DNA from: Ginglymostoma cirratum
Lineage: Eukaryota
NCBI GenBank assembly: GCA_024137785.1
Contig: JAHRHZ010000043.1
Span: 4,341,302-4,405,301, forward strand
Length of the DNA: 64,000 bases
Reading direction: 5' to 3'
This document shows, one piece after another, positions 37,903 through 50,402 of this stretch. The notes beneath the pieces are model-generated. The model saw nothing but the letters and a program-made list of their open reading frames with translations. It was not told where the DNA came from and made no database searches. The position numbers were made by a program, and so were the translations under genes. Positions within the stretch are counted from its first letter, which is position 1, and every line of letters begins with the position of its first letter.

Positions 37903-38750
37903 TTTGTTCATGGGACTTGGGCATTGGTGGCTGGACCAATATTTATTGCCTATTATTAACAGCCCTTGAAGAGGTAGTGATGAGCTGCCTTCTAGAATCT
38001 TTATGGTGTACATGGGTTTAGTAGAGAGTTCCCAGGATTTGAATCAGCAACTATAGTCTAGTTACAACGCAGGACTGGGACTTGCAGATATTGGTTTTCT
38101 CAAGAGTCTAGTACTCTTGTTCTCCCAGTTGGGTAAGATTGTTGGTTTGAAAGATGCTATTAAGTTGGAAAGTTGCTGCAGAGCCTCTTGAATATAACGT
38201 ACTTGGTAGTCACTATGCCTGCCAGTCGCTGAGGAAGTAAATGTTGAAGATGGTGCCAAACAAGCAGGCTGCTTTGGCTTGGATAGTGTCAAGCTTCTTG
38301 AGTGTTGTTGGAGCTGCACTCATCCAGGCAAGTGGAGAATATCTCACTGATTTTTTTGAGAAGATTTGTAGCTGGGGTTGTGGATGAGGTTGTAGACTTG
38401 TTCGCCGAGTCGATGGGTTTGATTGCAAACATTTCGTCACCATGCAAGGTTACATCGTCAGTGCTACTCTGGTGAAGCGTCAGTGTCCTGTCCTGTTTGT
38501 TATTTATTTCATCATATTCCTGACTTGTGCCTTGTAGATGGTGGAAACCATGAAGTGAGTTACTTGCTACAAAATTCCCAGACTCTGATCTGCTGTAGTA
38601 CCCATGGTATTCATATGGCTAGTTCAGTTCAGTTTCTGGTCAATGGTCACCCCCACAATGTTGATAGTGTGGTGTTCAGCAATAGGATTGTGATTCAATG
38701 TCAGAGAGAGATGGTTAAATTATCTGTTGTTGATGGCCGTTGCTTGGCAA
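37903..38750 (-). mobile_element. non-LTR LINE 3' fragment (YKAQVR-type RT C-terminus)
   Basis: Minus strand STIYKAQVRNM / YSPLAWMSAAPTTLKKLDTIQAKAACLFGT; tail at about 37903-37960. Exact clade (CR1/L2 group versus RTE-X) not resolved. Confidence 0.78.
38351..38508 (-). mobile_element. Penelope-like terminal fragment with hammerhead, nested in the LINE
   Basis: tgagaagatttgtagct...ttgttcgccgag...aaacatttcgtcacc...catcgtcagtgc; splits the LINE reading frame. Confidence 0.8.
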
Positions 38751-39309
38751 TTGCCCCTGCTTCTGATCTTATCTTGTAAGCACAGATCATTTGTATGTTT
38801 ATATATGGATGGATGTTGTAAGTACAGTGCATACAGATGACTATGTGACATATGCAAAATCAGAGATCTATTGTATGTGCATCATATATGTGTACAGACA
38901 CAGTCTCTGTGAGAAGCTATCTATATTATAGAGGTTAATTGATTCACAGATGTATGGAGGTTGGTGGGGGAGGGTGGTGTGATAGGAAACTCCACATTTT
39001 TATTGAATCTAACCCAGTGCTTTGGATTTTAAGTCCAGACCATTGTCCCATAACGGAAAAGGACTGCGAAGTGCAAACTCCGAGTACAGGTATCGCCTTT
39101 TACCGCATTCTTCCCCCATTCCCCAGAACTTCTTTTCCGTCTTTCATTCAAGGCCTCACAAACTCCTTCACTTTGCATTACACAGACACAGATCCCATCA
39201 ACAGAGAATCTGAGGAATTGGCCTTTAACTGAGTGGGAAGTCAGCAGTCACCTCAACCAAGAGCACTGCTGAAGTTCCAGCTGCCATTGAATAGAGCAGC
39301 CCTGGAACC

Positions 39310-39625
39310 AAAGTGATGGGTGATGTTCTAGTGGCATTATGCAGGGCTGTTGATCCAAAAGCTCAGCTAAAGTTATGGCAACCTGGGTTTGAATCCCACC
39401 GCACTAGAGCTTTTGGAAATGCCTTGAATTCAGAACCTAATGATGATCATGAAAACAATGCCAAACAATGGGAAAACCCATCTGGTTCACTAATGCCCGC
39501 AGAGAAGGAAATCTGCCATTCTTACGTGGTCTGGTCAACATGCGACTCCAGACCTTCTCAACAGCCACACAGTTCAAGGGGCAGTTAGGGACAGGCAATA
39601 AATGCTGGCCGGTCAGCGATAAAAG
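39310..39625 (+). mobile_element. tRNA-derived SINE
   Basis: acctgggtttgaatcccacc B box; aacccatctggttcactaatg core; tail ggcaataaatgctggcc. Confidence 0.8.
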
Positions 39626-40224
39626 TCAGCCAATTCCACTGGGTGGGGGGAAAGTGTGATACAAATTGTTGCTCCTCTCCCATCTTGCCTTGCCACAATC
39701 CAACATGTAACCAGGCAGTGAGAACATGGTTTCCACCCTCCTACCCCCTCCCAGTGCTTTCCTCAGTCACTGGGTAAAAACCTCAACCGCTCCTGGAGTA
39801 AATGGTCCCCGCTCCCCATACCCTGGTGCATCCGTGGAAATGCATTGGGTTTACCGCCAGCCTTTCTACTGGAATTGGGGAAGGTGAGGGGAGTGGGTAG
39901 AGAGAGACAGAAGTGGAGGGCGTGGTCTTCCCTTCACTGTGTGGTTGTCCTATTCTGCATGTTAGTCTAGTCCAGCTGCTCGTTAGCCAGATTCTGTAAC
40001 AGGAACTTGCACCCCACCCTCCGCCCAATCATTGCACTCAGTGAATTGCCAGAGGCGAGTCAGGGCAGTGGTTGCATGGGTGGGTGGTGTGGGTGGCATG
40101 GGGAGGCAGTGAACTTTTGGACCTCATTCAGGGTGAAGGGAATGTTAACTGCAAACGTCGTTTGTGTTACAAGATATAAAAGGGCAATGTCTTGTCTAAA
40201 ATTCTTCCCTAGAAAACAGAGCCA

Positions 40225-41000
40225 TTACAGTATGGAGCTGGAAGAACACAGCAGGTCAGGCAGCATCAGAGGAGCAGGAAAGGCGATATTTCAGATTGGG
40301 AGCCTTCATCAGGACTCTGTGTGGATCCTGCATAGAATGAAAAACTGTAGAGGTCTTTTCCAGATCTGGGAAAGTGATGCTCTGAGCTGGGGTGGGGCTG
40401 AATGTAGTGAGAGAAGACATGGGCGCATGGTTGCTAGAGTGGAGCTGAGGATCCTCCAGGAGAACCATTTCTGGAGGCACTGTAGATAACAGTTGTCATG
40501 GTTTGGTTCAAATTGGGATGGTCTGAAGGTTGTTTGGAGTCCATGGGGGATAAGCAGGTTCCCTAGGCAGGTACTGAGAAAGGAGACATGGCTGTAGTAA
40601 CCGGTTTGTTTCAGGATATGGTTGAAGAGCTTCAGGATGGAGGAGATCACCAGTGGGTTGCAGTGGGAGAGAGACCCACTGAGATCTTTTCAGAGGGAGG
40701 AGGACAACTTCTTCAAAATGGGCATTCTTGGAAGAGGCTTCACAGTATGACTTTCAGTGACTCGGAGTTAGCAAGAACTGCAGTTGCTGGAGTCAGAGTC
40801 CATACAGTGTGGATCTGGAGGGACACAGCAGGTCAGGCAGCACCAAAGGAGCAGGAGAGTCGATGTTTCTGGTTGGGACCCTTCACCAGGACCCAAAACA
40901 TCGACTTTCCTGTTCCTGTAATGCTGCCTGTCCTGCTGTGTTCCTCCAGCTCCATACTTTATCGACTCTGGCTTCCAGCATCTGCAGTTCTTGCTATCTC
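40225..41000 (-). mobile_element. Penelope-like element fragment with N-terminal ORF remnant and inverted terminal pieces
   Basis: ORF 40309-40650 (YYSHVSFLSTCLGNLLIPHGLQTTFRPSQFEP) resembles, from memory, N-termini of shark PLE ORFs; inverted repeat arms at 40780-40990. Confidence 0.7.
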
Positions 41001-41067
41001 TCTTCCCAAGGAAACAATTCGTTCTTCATTTCAATCAGAGATGTCTGATGTCTGATTGGTGTCATTT

Positions 41068-41320
41068 CAGAGATAGTGGGAACTGCAGATGCTGGAGAAT
41101 CTGAGATAACAAGGTGTAGAGCTGGATGAACACAGCAGGCCAAGCAGCAGCAGAGGAGCAGGGAAGCTGACGTTTCGGGCCGAGACCCTTCTTCAGAAAT
41201 GGGGGAGGGGAAGAGGTCTTAAATAAATAGGGAGAGAGGGGGAGGCGGATAGAAGATGGATTACGAGAGAGTTGCGGTGGGAGAGAGATCCACTGGGGTC
41301 TTTCATTTCATTCCGTTTGT
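41068..41320 (-). mobile_element. Penelope-like terminal fragment with intact hammerhead core
   Basis: Minus strand CTGAAGA-A-GGGTC-TC-GGCCC-GAAAC-GTC at 41196-41169. Confidence 0.82.
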
Positions 41321-42444
41321 CTCTGAAAATTTACGTTCTCTAATCAGTCGGTAGGGTTAATCATTCCAATGGTCCATAAACCGCTTGGTTATATAGAATC
41401 ATTGAATGAAACAGCCAGACCGTTCGGCCCCTCGTATCTATGAGGGCTTATTAAGAATGCTGCCTAATTAGTTCTAGCCTCTGCTCATTCATGGACCGAC
41501 AACTTTGTCCATCAAATCTCTATCTTTTTCTGTTCCTATCAGGCTTATCACTCAGGAGAGTCAGTCCGAACACATCTTCAGTTCACCTTGTTCAAAGTGA
41601 AGGGGAACTGGGCTAGTTTGCGAGAGAGCTCCATCAGAGAGCTCAATCAAACACAGGTTCCGAGAGTGAGCAATTAAACCGACTTTTGTTAGCTCACTGT
41701 GCAGGGAGTAGACCTTCCTCTCTAGGTACTCTTAATATACAGGAGTAGAGAAAAACACACATTCACCCAATTGGTCAGAAGTGGACATCGATGGTATATA
41801 GTTTAAAACCTACCCGTCAAGATTCACAGACAGACGGTGCATCTCTCCTCCTGGCCTTGAGAATCTGAAAGAGAAGAAAAACATATGAGTATCGCAAAAC
41901 TGCCGTTTGCCTAATGTTTCCTTATGAAGAAAAACAAACTGCTGCATTCATCAAGCACCCCAAGCGGACGTCCCCCACTGGCCAGCGAACCAATCTGAAG
42001 TGTAGTCTCAACAAATGGCAGAACAGGCTGGAGGGACCGAATGGCCCACTCATGCTCCCAATTCGGATGTAATCGCTGTTCTCCTGCCGACAAACACGCA
42101 TTATCGAACAGCAAGATCCCACCAACGTCAAATGAGATAAATCAGCTGCTAAGCGGTTTTTTTTGGGGGGGGATGGGTTTATATCTGGGACAGGAACATG
42201 GTTTCATGGACATGGATAGTCTGTGAGTGAATTGCTTTCGTTCAGGTGGGTTTATGCGGCGGAGATTACAGATCTCCGTGAGGAAATGGGAGAATCAGAA
42301 GATAGTCTCTAGGTCTGCGCTGTTACAGCAGCCAGACATAGACTGGCCTCTATCACTGCCCCCGAAAGCCTGTTATCATGACTGAAAACAAAAGAAAATG
42401 CTGAAAATCACAGCGCGTCAAGTAGGATTCCAGCATCTGCATTA

Positions 42445-42660
42445 GAGTTATAGAGTCATACAGCATGGAAACAGACCCTTCGGTCCAACCAGTCCATGCC
42501 GAACATAATCCCAAACTAAACTAGTCCCACCGGCCTGCTCCTGGCCCATATCCCTCCAAACCTTTCCTATTCATGTACCTATACAAACGCGTTTTAAACG
42601 TTGTAATTTTACCCACATCGTTCACTTCCTCGGGAAATTCATTCCTTTGTGTAAAAAAGA
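42445..42660 (-). mobile_element. CR1 (HER1-like) 3' end
   Basis: agagtcatacagcatggaaacagacccttcggtccaaccagtccatgccg. Confidence 0.85.
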
Positions 42661-42989
42661 AATTGCTCCTGATCCTATCAAGACCCCCTTCGCAGAATAT
42701 GCCATGAAACCTCTTTTCATCAGTGGGAACTTGCTTTTTCTGGTTACACCGGATTGAGCCTTACTAAAAATACAGACGACACCCAAAATGTTCCCTTAAA
42801 GAGCACTGCACGTTCCTGTTCATTATTGCGGATGAGATTCCGGCGGCAGAAATGGTTTCAAAATATGTAAAAACTGACCTTGAGACTGCTAAACCAGGGA
42901 AGGAGGAAGAGAAAGAAAATACGAGACTTGCATTCATGTAAGCACTTTCACAGCCTCGGGACTGTGCTTTGCAATCAAGGAAGTAATTT

Positions 42990-43095
42990 GGAGACAAACG
43001 CAGAAATTGCTGGAAAAGCTCAGCATGTCTGGCAGCATCTGTGCAGAGAAATCAGAGTTAACGTTTCGGGTCGGGTGACCCTTCCTCGAAACTCT
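42990..43095 (-). mobile_element. Penelope-derived terminal repeat with hammerhead-like fold
   Basis: Minus strand AGAGTT-TCGAGGA-A-GGGTC-ACCC-GACCC-GAAAC-GTT-AACTCT. Confidence 0.8.
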
Positions 43096-43479
43096 AATTT
43101 GAAGATGTAGTCACTGTTACAATGCGCAAAACACAGCAGCCAAGGTGCGCATAGTAAGATCCCACAAACAGCAATGCGACCGCTGACAACCAGATGTTTT
43201 TTGTTGCAGCGATGTTTATGAAAGGACTTGGCAGCTTTGTTTTTGAAACAGTGCCCTGTGATATTTCATGTTCCCGGGGACAAGGTAATGGATGTGCCCC
43301 CTTTTAAAATCCCGCCGGAAAGATGCCACCTCAGACGGTGACTACATGAGAATAAATGGAAACAGCGAAAAGGCTCCTTGTTTGCACATGCGCTGTTTTA
43401 TTTTAATTGTTTCGTTCATGGCATGTGGGCATTGCCAACTAGGCTGGCATCACTTGGGGTGGCATTGAAGAAATGTCAC

Positions 43480-44112
43480 GGGGTTAGTAATGCAGAACCC
43501 CAGGCTAATGTCCTGGAGGCTGGTGTTCGAATCCCACCATGGCAAATGGTGGTATTTGCATTCAACAAAAAAGCTGGAATTCCAAACCAAGGACTGTATT
43601 CACTGGAGAAATGAGGTGGGATTTCACAGAAACCTGTAAAATTCTAGCAAGACTAAACAGGGTATACAGAGGAAGGATACTCTCAATGATCGGGGAGCCC
43701 AAAACTCGGAATCACAATCTAATAATACTGTGTAGGCATTTAGGACTAGATGAGGAGAAATCTTTTCACCCAGAGAGTAATGAGTTTATGGAATTGTCTA
43801 CGACAAAAAATGCCCGAGGTCAACGCACTGAATGCCTTCAAGAAGAAGTTAGCTATGATCTTACTACTAAAGGGATCATAGGATATGGAGAGAAAATGGG
43901 AACAGGAGTTGGATGATCAGCCATGATCATATTGAATGGCGGAGCAGGCCCGAAGAGCCGAATAGCCTTTTCTACGTTTGTCTGGAGTCGCCATCTCTAT
44001 CTGGCCTACACGTGACTTCAGAACACAGCTACCATACTGATTTTTAACTGTCTTCTTGGCGTTTAGAGATTGCAAAAAGATACTGACCTAACCATCTACA
44101 CCCAACGAATAA
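43480..44112 (+). mobile_element. tRNA-derived SINE interrupted by a CR1 3' fragment (43590-43978)
   Basis: SINE head gttcgaatcccaccatggc; CR1 ORF remnant 43539-43916 (MRWDFTETCKILARLNRV); SINE resumes ctggcctacacgtgact near 44000. Confidence 0.8.
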
Positions 44113-44494
44113 AATGCCTTGGAGAGGTTGGCATGAAGGTGCCTCAGTGAACGGCGGCAGCGCTGGGGTGTGGGTATAACCACAGGGCTGTTAGGAGGAG
44201 CTAGCTCCTGAATGCTCAGCGATCACGGCGATCCAAATGTCAGTGACACTCTGCTGCCCAGTGGTGAATAACTAGATTCCACACACTCGATTCGATAGGT
44301 TGAAAGTCTGGGCACTTTCAGCGCCGCGCTGTCAATTCAGGACTTGGTCCATCCAGCCCATCTTGTCTGCACGCTATCTCCCAGGAACACCAGTGATCCT
44401 GCCGCCTCAATTCGGAATATGAATTCCGGAATGTCATTAATTTTCTAATGGGTCACCTAACCCCAGAGTTATACTGCACCACTACGAGGGGGTT

Positions 44495-45080
44495 CATAAC
44501 GTCACACAGCGTGGAAATTGACCCTTCGGTCCAAATCATCTATTATGGCCAAGTTTCCCAAACCGTCTCTGGCTGGCCTATATCCTTCAAAACGTTTCCT
44601 ATTCATGTACCTGTCCAAATGGATTTTCAGTGTTGTAACTGCTCCTGCACCTTCCACTTGCTCTGGCAGCTCATTCCATACACACCAGCCTCTGTGTGAA
44701 GACGTTGCCCCTCAGGTCTCTTCTAAATCTTTCACCTCCCACACTAAACCTATGCCGTCTAGTTTTGAACTTTCCTTCCATGGGGAAAAGACCTTTGCTA
44801 GTCACCTTATCTATGCCCCTGATGATTTTATAAACCTCTACAAGGTCACCCGTCAACCTCCAGTGAAAAAGTCCCAGCTTATTCAGTTTCTCCTTGTTAC
44901 TCAAACCCTCCAGAGCCGGTAACATCCTGGTAAATCTTTTCTGCACCGTCTCCAATTTAGAAGATCGTTCCTGCAGCAGGGCGACCAGAACTCAACACAG
45001 TACTGCAAGAGAGGCCTCACCAACGTCCTGTATAATCTCAACATGACGTCCCAACTCCTGTACTCATGGGTCTGAGCAAT
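44495..45080 (-). mobile_element. CR1 3' fragment
   Basis: ORF 44671-44955: ETVQKRFTRMLPALEGLSNKEKLNKLGLF...GDLVEVYKIIRGIDKV...DLRGNVFTQR. Confidence 0.9.
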
Positions 45081-45846
45081 GCATTTCAGAACAATGTACA
45101 GACTGCAGCGTTACACAGAGATTGCTCCTGCTCACTGTGTGATCTGTGTCGGTGTTACAACAGACCGTCAGAAAATAGTGATTCGGTCACAGATATGTCT
45201 TAACCAAGACAACTGGGCGAGTGCTCTGTACAAAAATAATTACATCTTGAACTCCAACACCAACTTTCAGAACTCGGTATAAATCAGTCTGGCCTCCTAC
45301 TTTCCGGCACTAGCCCCACTTTTCCCCAATCCTGGACTTTTATATACCTTCCATGTCCATCGATTACACCGTCGGCGGCGGTTCCTTTAGCTGACTGGAA
45401 ACTCAGCTCGGGGATTCCCTCCTTAACCCATTCCTTTACATCTTTTTCTTTAGGCAAGCATTTGGCATCAGCCCCAGTTCGTGATACAGAGGCTACTCGA
45501 GGACATTGCTACAGTAAAGACGACACATAAATGCACTTTATTGTTGTTGATTTCAAATAACTTTTGCAATGAGGGATATATTATCAGGACCTATAGGAAG
45601 ACGAATCTAACCTGATAGTCCACACCTGACTAGGTATTAAATCGGTCAAGTTATACATATTTGTAACTCCTTCACATTGCTTCCATTCGTAAACTTATTT
45701 GATCTAATTATTCAAGGACGTTACCAACATGCACCCCAATTCTGCAAAGACACGACGACTTCCATGGTTTTCTGTGTTCTAAGGATTCTGAAAAACAACT
45801 AACCCAAAATTTCTTCATTTACCTTCTCCCTAGGCCCTAAACTCTG

Positions 45847-46752
45847 CAATTTTTACTTGCAGAAAATCCTATTTCACAACTTTTATGTTGTACCGCTATC
45901 TAACCTTGAGGCGGTAGCATCATGGTAATGTCACCTGACAAGTAGCCCGGAGTTCATTTTCTGGGTTCAAATCCCATTCAGGGCAGGAATAAAACTCTTC
46001 ACCTCCCGGCCTCTTCCTGTAAATCACTCCTTTAAACATACCTCCTGACCACCTATCCAAAAATCTTTTGCAGATCGAGGTCAAGTTTCGTTTGATACCG
46101 CTTCTGTGAAGCGCCTGGCGACGTTTTACTGCAATAACGATCGTACCTAAATGCAATTTTTTGATGCTTTAAAGTGACTTCTTGGATGCAGTCCTGAACA
46201 ATGAGCTCTCTCAGCTTTCATCTACATTTGTCAATGTACAGCCCTTAGAAAATATTCTCGCTGTTGTATCACAAGGTCATGGTTCAGGCCCCCTCCAGCA
46301 AAGTTCGGCAGCAGTGCTGGATGGGCGCTGCACTGTCGGTAGTCACGCCTCCAGGATTTGAAGTGAAACCAAGCTCCTGTTAGATCAAAGTCGAGAAGTT
46401 TTCTGTGGCCCTGAGCCAATACTTATAACATCGCGAAAAGAAATTATCCAATCTTGATCACATTGCCCTTTTGTGGGATCTTGCTATGTGCAATTTGATC
46501 GCTACTTTTTGTATATTGCAACAATGATTATACTTCAGAAGTACTTCATTGGCTGCAAAAGTCAGAGGGTCAATATAAGCGTTGTATAAATGTAATCCTT
46601 TCAATTTTTACTTGCAGAAAATCCTGTTTCACAACTTTTATGTTGTACCGCTATCTAACCGGGAGGCGGTGGCATCATGGTAATGTCACCTGACGAGTAG
46701 CCCGAAGTTCATTTTCTGGGTTCAAATCCCATTGAGGGCAGGGATAAAACTC
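45847..46752 (+). repeat. 151-bp direct duplication (45847-45997 and 46602-46752)
   Basis: Ungapped alignment with 8 mismatches by manual count. Confidence 0.9.
46250..46598 (+). mobile_element. DeuSINE-like core
   Basis: gcagtgctggatgggcgctgcactgtcgg...tgtgggatcttgctatgtgcaatttg...aagtacttcattggctgcaaaag. Confidence 0.7.
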
Positions 46753-47009
46753 GAACTCAACAAAGAAGCTGGGGTTGAAAGGCAACTTCACCGTGACCAT
46801 GTAACCACGTCATAACGATTCATCTGGTTCAATTACGCCGTTCTTACAGGTCTGGCCTACATGTGACTCTAAATCTGCAGCAATATTAACTGACCCCTGG
46901 GCAATTAAGATGAGCGAGAAATTAAGTCAGCAGCATTCACAACGAATGGTTCTTTTGGAAATACACACCTTGCATTATAAAACATGAAATAAACATCATC
47001 TGAAAAAGA

Positions 47010-47225
47010 AAGCAAAAGTGGATGCTGGAAATTTGAAACAAACACAGAAAGTGTTGAAGAAACTCAGCAGGTCTGGCAGCATTTGTGAAGTGAAAGCAGA
47101 GTTAATCTTTTAGTCCAGCGCGAGTTCTGAGGAAAAGTTATGCCGGACTCGAAACGTTAACTCTGTTTCTCTCTCCACAGATGCTGCCAGACTTGCTGAG
47201 TTTCTTCATCATTCTCTGCGTTTGT
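47010..47225. mobile_element. palindromic Penelope-derived element with hammerhead core
   Basis: Inverted arms gaagaaactcagcaggtctggcagcat / atgctgccagacttgctgagtttcttc; GAGTT-CTGAGGA...GACTC-GAAAC-GTT-AACTC at 47122-47163. Confidence 0.82.
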
Positions 47226-50200
47226 TGTACTATGCGGCATTCAACTCGCAATTACATTCCCCTAGGGGTTTTCAAAAAGCTTCTTATCTATCCGTGACAG
47301 GTCCCCAACTGTGCTCTTTAGTGTATTCGAACGGATACTGATTCTTCAAATGGACTAAGTAAAGGAGCGTTTTTTTTTCAAAAAGATAATGAACTAGACC
47401 CATTGCTTTTATCCACTCAACTTTTTCATATTAGATTTGCAGGAAACTAGAATTTGAAATGTATAACTTTTGTTTCAATAGCTGAGGAACTGCCAGCATC
47501 AGCCAGAAATGTAATAAAGTCTATCAAATTAATTTAGCTGCCTTTTCAGATTGCTCCACTTTCATGCTGATGCAAAGAGAATTGCATCAATAGGGAGGTG
47601 TCAGGGAGACCTCCTACACCACTTTAACTCCGCCCATGTCCAGTGTCGCTCCAGTCCGCGTGAAACCGGCGGTTCGAAGGTTGCTGGGCAGTCGAATCGC
47701 CCCAGCACCTTATAAAGTTACTGTACACATTTACAAAATGCCTGCAGTAGAGTGAAGATCTATATATAGAAAGATTCATACCGTATAGTCCTGGGCCATC
47801 AGTGCAGTATAACACAATTGCGGACCATAAGAGGAATAATGCAGTCTTCAATTCGTTTAGCCACTAGGTTGATATCTTTACTCGTATTCAACGAGAAAGT
47901 AGCTAACACGTCAACTTTATAACGGTTGCATCAGTTATACTGTACATAATATGTGGACGTCAATATGTACACACACACATACACACAAACACGGCCGCAT
48001 CTCATGTCACCTTAATCTGAGTTTGTATATTTTGCTCTCCGCTTTCTCAAGCCTTCTTGTGAGCTCACCGAATCAAGTCAAAGTGTGATACTTCCCAACT
48101 GCAATTCTGTAAATTGCTTCTCAAAGCTTTAGAGACGTGTGAACCTTCTCCTCCCTCAGCTTCTCTTTCTTCCTGCAGTTTCTACTTTAAAAAGCAAGTC
48201 CTTGTCCGTGGTGCCAGACGAAGAGTAGGTAGAAAGCCCAGTATCAGGTTTATCTGGCCTGTGCTGGTGTTCACGACTTTTCAGGTCCTCCTCCCAACAC
48301 ATTCCTGTGGCCCCTTCTCTTTGACGTGCCTGCCACGCTAATAATCAAATGCCTTTACACGACTCACCCCAACTACAGCCGATGGGGAGCGAGTTCCACA
48401 TTCTCTGGTAAAGACGTTTCTCCTGAATTCGCAACCGGATTTATCAGTGACTAACTGACATGTCTCGACGTTTACTTCTGATCTTCTCTCTCAGTCTTTG
48501 CAGTTTTGGTTTTCATGCATTTTCGAATGAGGGCGGGAGCTCTCCCGCTTGTTACTTCCTATTTGTGGAGACATTTTGCGCAGCGGAAAATGGGCGCAAA
48601 CCGTCTCCGTACGCCTTTATCCCAGTCGGACCACTGGCACGGACTCAGTACATTAACACAACATACAGAGAGACCCAGTTTCTTTGTGCATTCATCATTT
48701 GTTATTTCTGGGATCTGGCTGTGCACCGTTGCATGCTGCGGTAATGTCTGAAATTGCAAAGTTATCCAATGATTTCAAACCACTTTGAGACTTCCTGAAG
48801 ATAGAGGCAATACGCTCTATTGCAGGCCCTTCTTATTGGGGCAAATTTGTATTAAAGGCTAAAACGTTCTGGGGAGGGCTCACTCGACCCTTTTCCACAG
48901 ATGCTGCCAGACCTGCTGAGCTTTTCTAGCAATTTCCGTTATTGTTTCAGCATTAAGGCTAACTTGGCTAACCATTCACCCTAGGTTACTCATAGTTTTT
49001 TTTGTACGGTGGAACTTTACAAAAACAATCAACCAAATCAATTGGGCTAAATCAAACAATCCTCATTCTATTTCTTCTTGTTCCTGACATCTCTAACAAG
49101 AAGGATTGAATCGTCAGCGGCGGTGAAATTCTGGGAATTAGTCAAAGCAACCACCCCTTCTGGAATGATTCCCTGTATCCCTGTGCGGCTGGAAAAAGTT
49201 CCTATTCTGCTGCCCTGAGGAACCTGTGGCCCAGGATCTCTGCAAGGACGGTGACATGGTGTGGTTGGTAAACCCAGATCCAATTATAAAACAGCACATC
49301 TGAGCGGACAAACATCACTAATGGACGGCTCAGTGCTTCTAGACGCCGCCACCATGTTTCTCCCAACCAGCTCTGAGCAAACGTTAGCCCCGAAGGTAAA
49401 GTGAATCCCTCGAATAGTCCCTATCTATTTTAAAATCATTTTCATATTTTTTTTCACGAGTGGCCATTGAATTTCCTCCTCGCCGCTGGCCGTTTTGTAA
49501 ATATCTGACCCACATGCACAAGGATAACTCTTGGGAAGGGAGAATATTTACAGTATTGCTGCGGTTCGGAGCTGTGAACTTTTTATAAGGATATTTACAG
49601 TTTGCGAGTTAAATCTAACAACAATGCAATATTGTTTCACATTCTGCAAAACTGCGTAAGGGAAAATATCAAGCACTCTTCATAATAATAACTTTATTCA
49701 ACCTTCGAAGTCGTTAGAATCGAAAGGGCCTTATTTATAAAAGATTGATTTTTTTAAGGGGACTGGCCGGGAACTGGGCCAAATGACATCTTTACAGAAA
49801 TCAAACTGTTTCAAGCTCAAAATCACATAATGTCCAAAGCCTTTGCACCCAGAGCAAGATAGCGACGATATCTGACACTGTTTATAGAGAACTCACACTG
49901 AGAATCCATTCAATTACGCCCGTATTAATAAAGACATCGACAGGTAAATATGTGCCTGCACACTTATGGGTTGTAACTATATAAACGTTCACACAGAAAT
50001 GCACTTACATAATACATACTTTAAAAAATGAATCAGCATTCATATTCTGGAAAGTCACATTTTCAAAACCTCTCCATTCTCAAATATGGTCTTTCAGTAT
50101 GCACCTCGAGATATTCTACTTTTTCCTTACGAAACATGTAGAAACCCCAGACAGTTAAAGTAACAAATACCTCGCTTACTGCAAGTTTAGCCAAAACATA

Positions 50201-50344
50201 TCGGAAATAGAATTTCTATAAAAAATGAATTAAATGTGGAAAGAATATCAGGCAAAGCATCTTCCTGTTCTCGTAAACCTATGGCTTACAACACAACCAT
50301 AAAGTGCAGACATCACACGTTCACTTACCCATAGTCTCTCTGAC

Positions 50345-50402
50345 ACACATGTATATGCACACACTCACACACACACACACATTCTCTCTCACACACACAC
50401 AC
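50345..50402. repeat. (AC)n microsatellite, imperfect
   Basis: cacacacacacacac runs. Confidence 0.8.

Noticed and set aside
42445-42660. Idea that TE copies near the CpG-rich block retain more CpGs than distal copies (versus 1533-1630)
   Set aside because: Direct comparison is mixed: each copy keeps CpGs the other lost. Too few sites to support a claim.
48198-48218. Possible REST/RE1 site (tgtccgtggtgc core)
   Set aside because: 12-nt core matches, but the essential TCAGCACC half is broken (CTGGCACC); about 15/21 overall.
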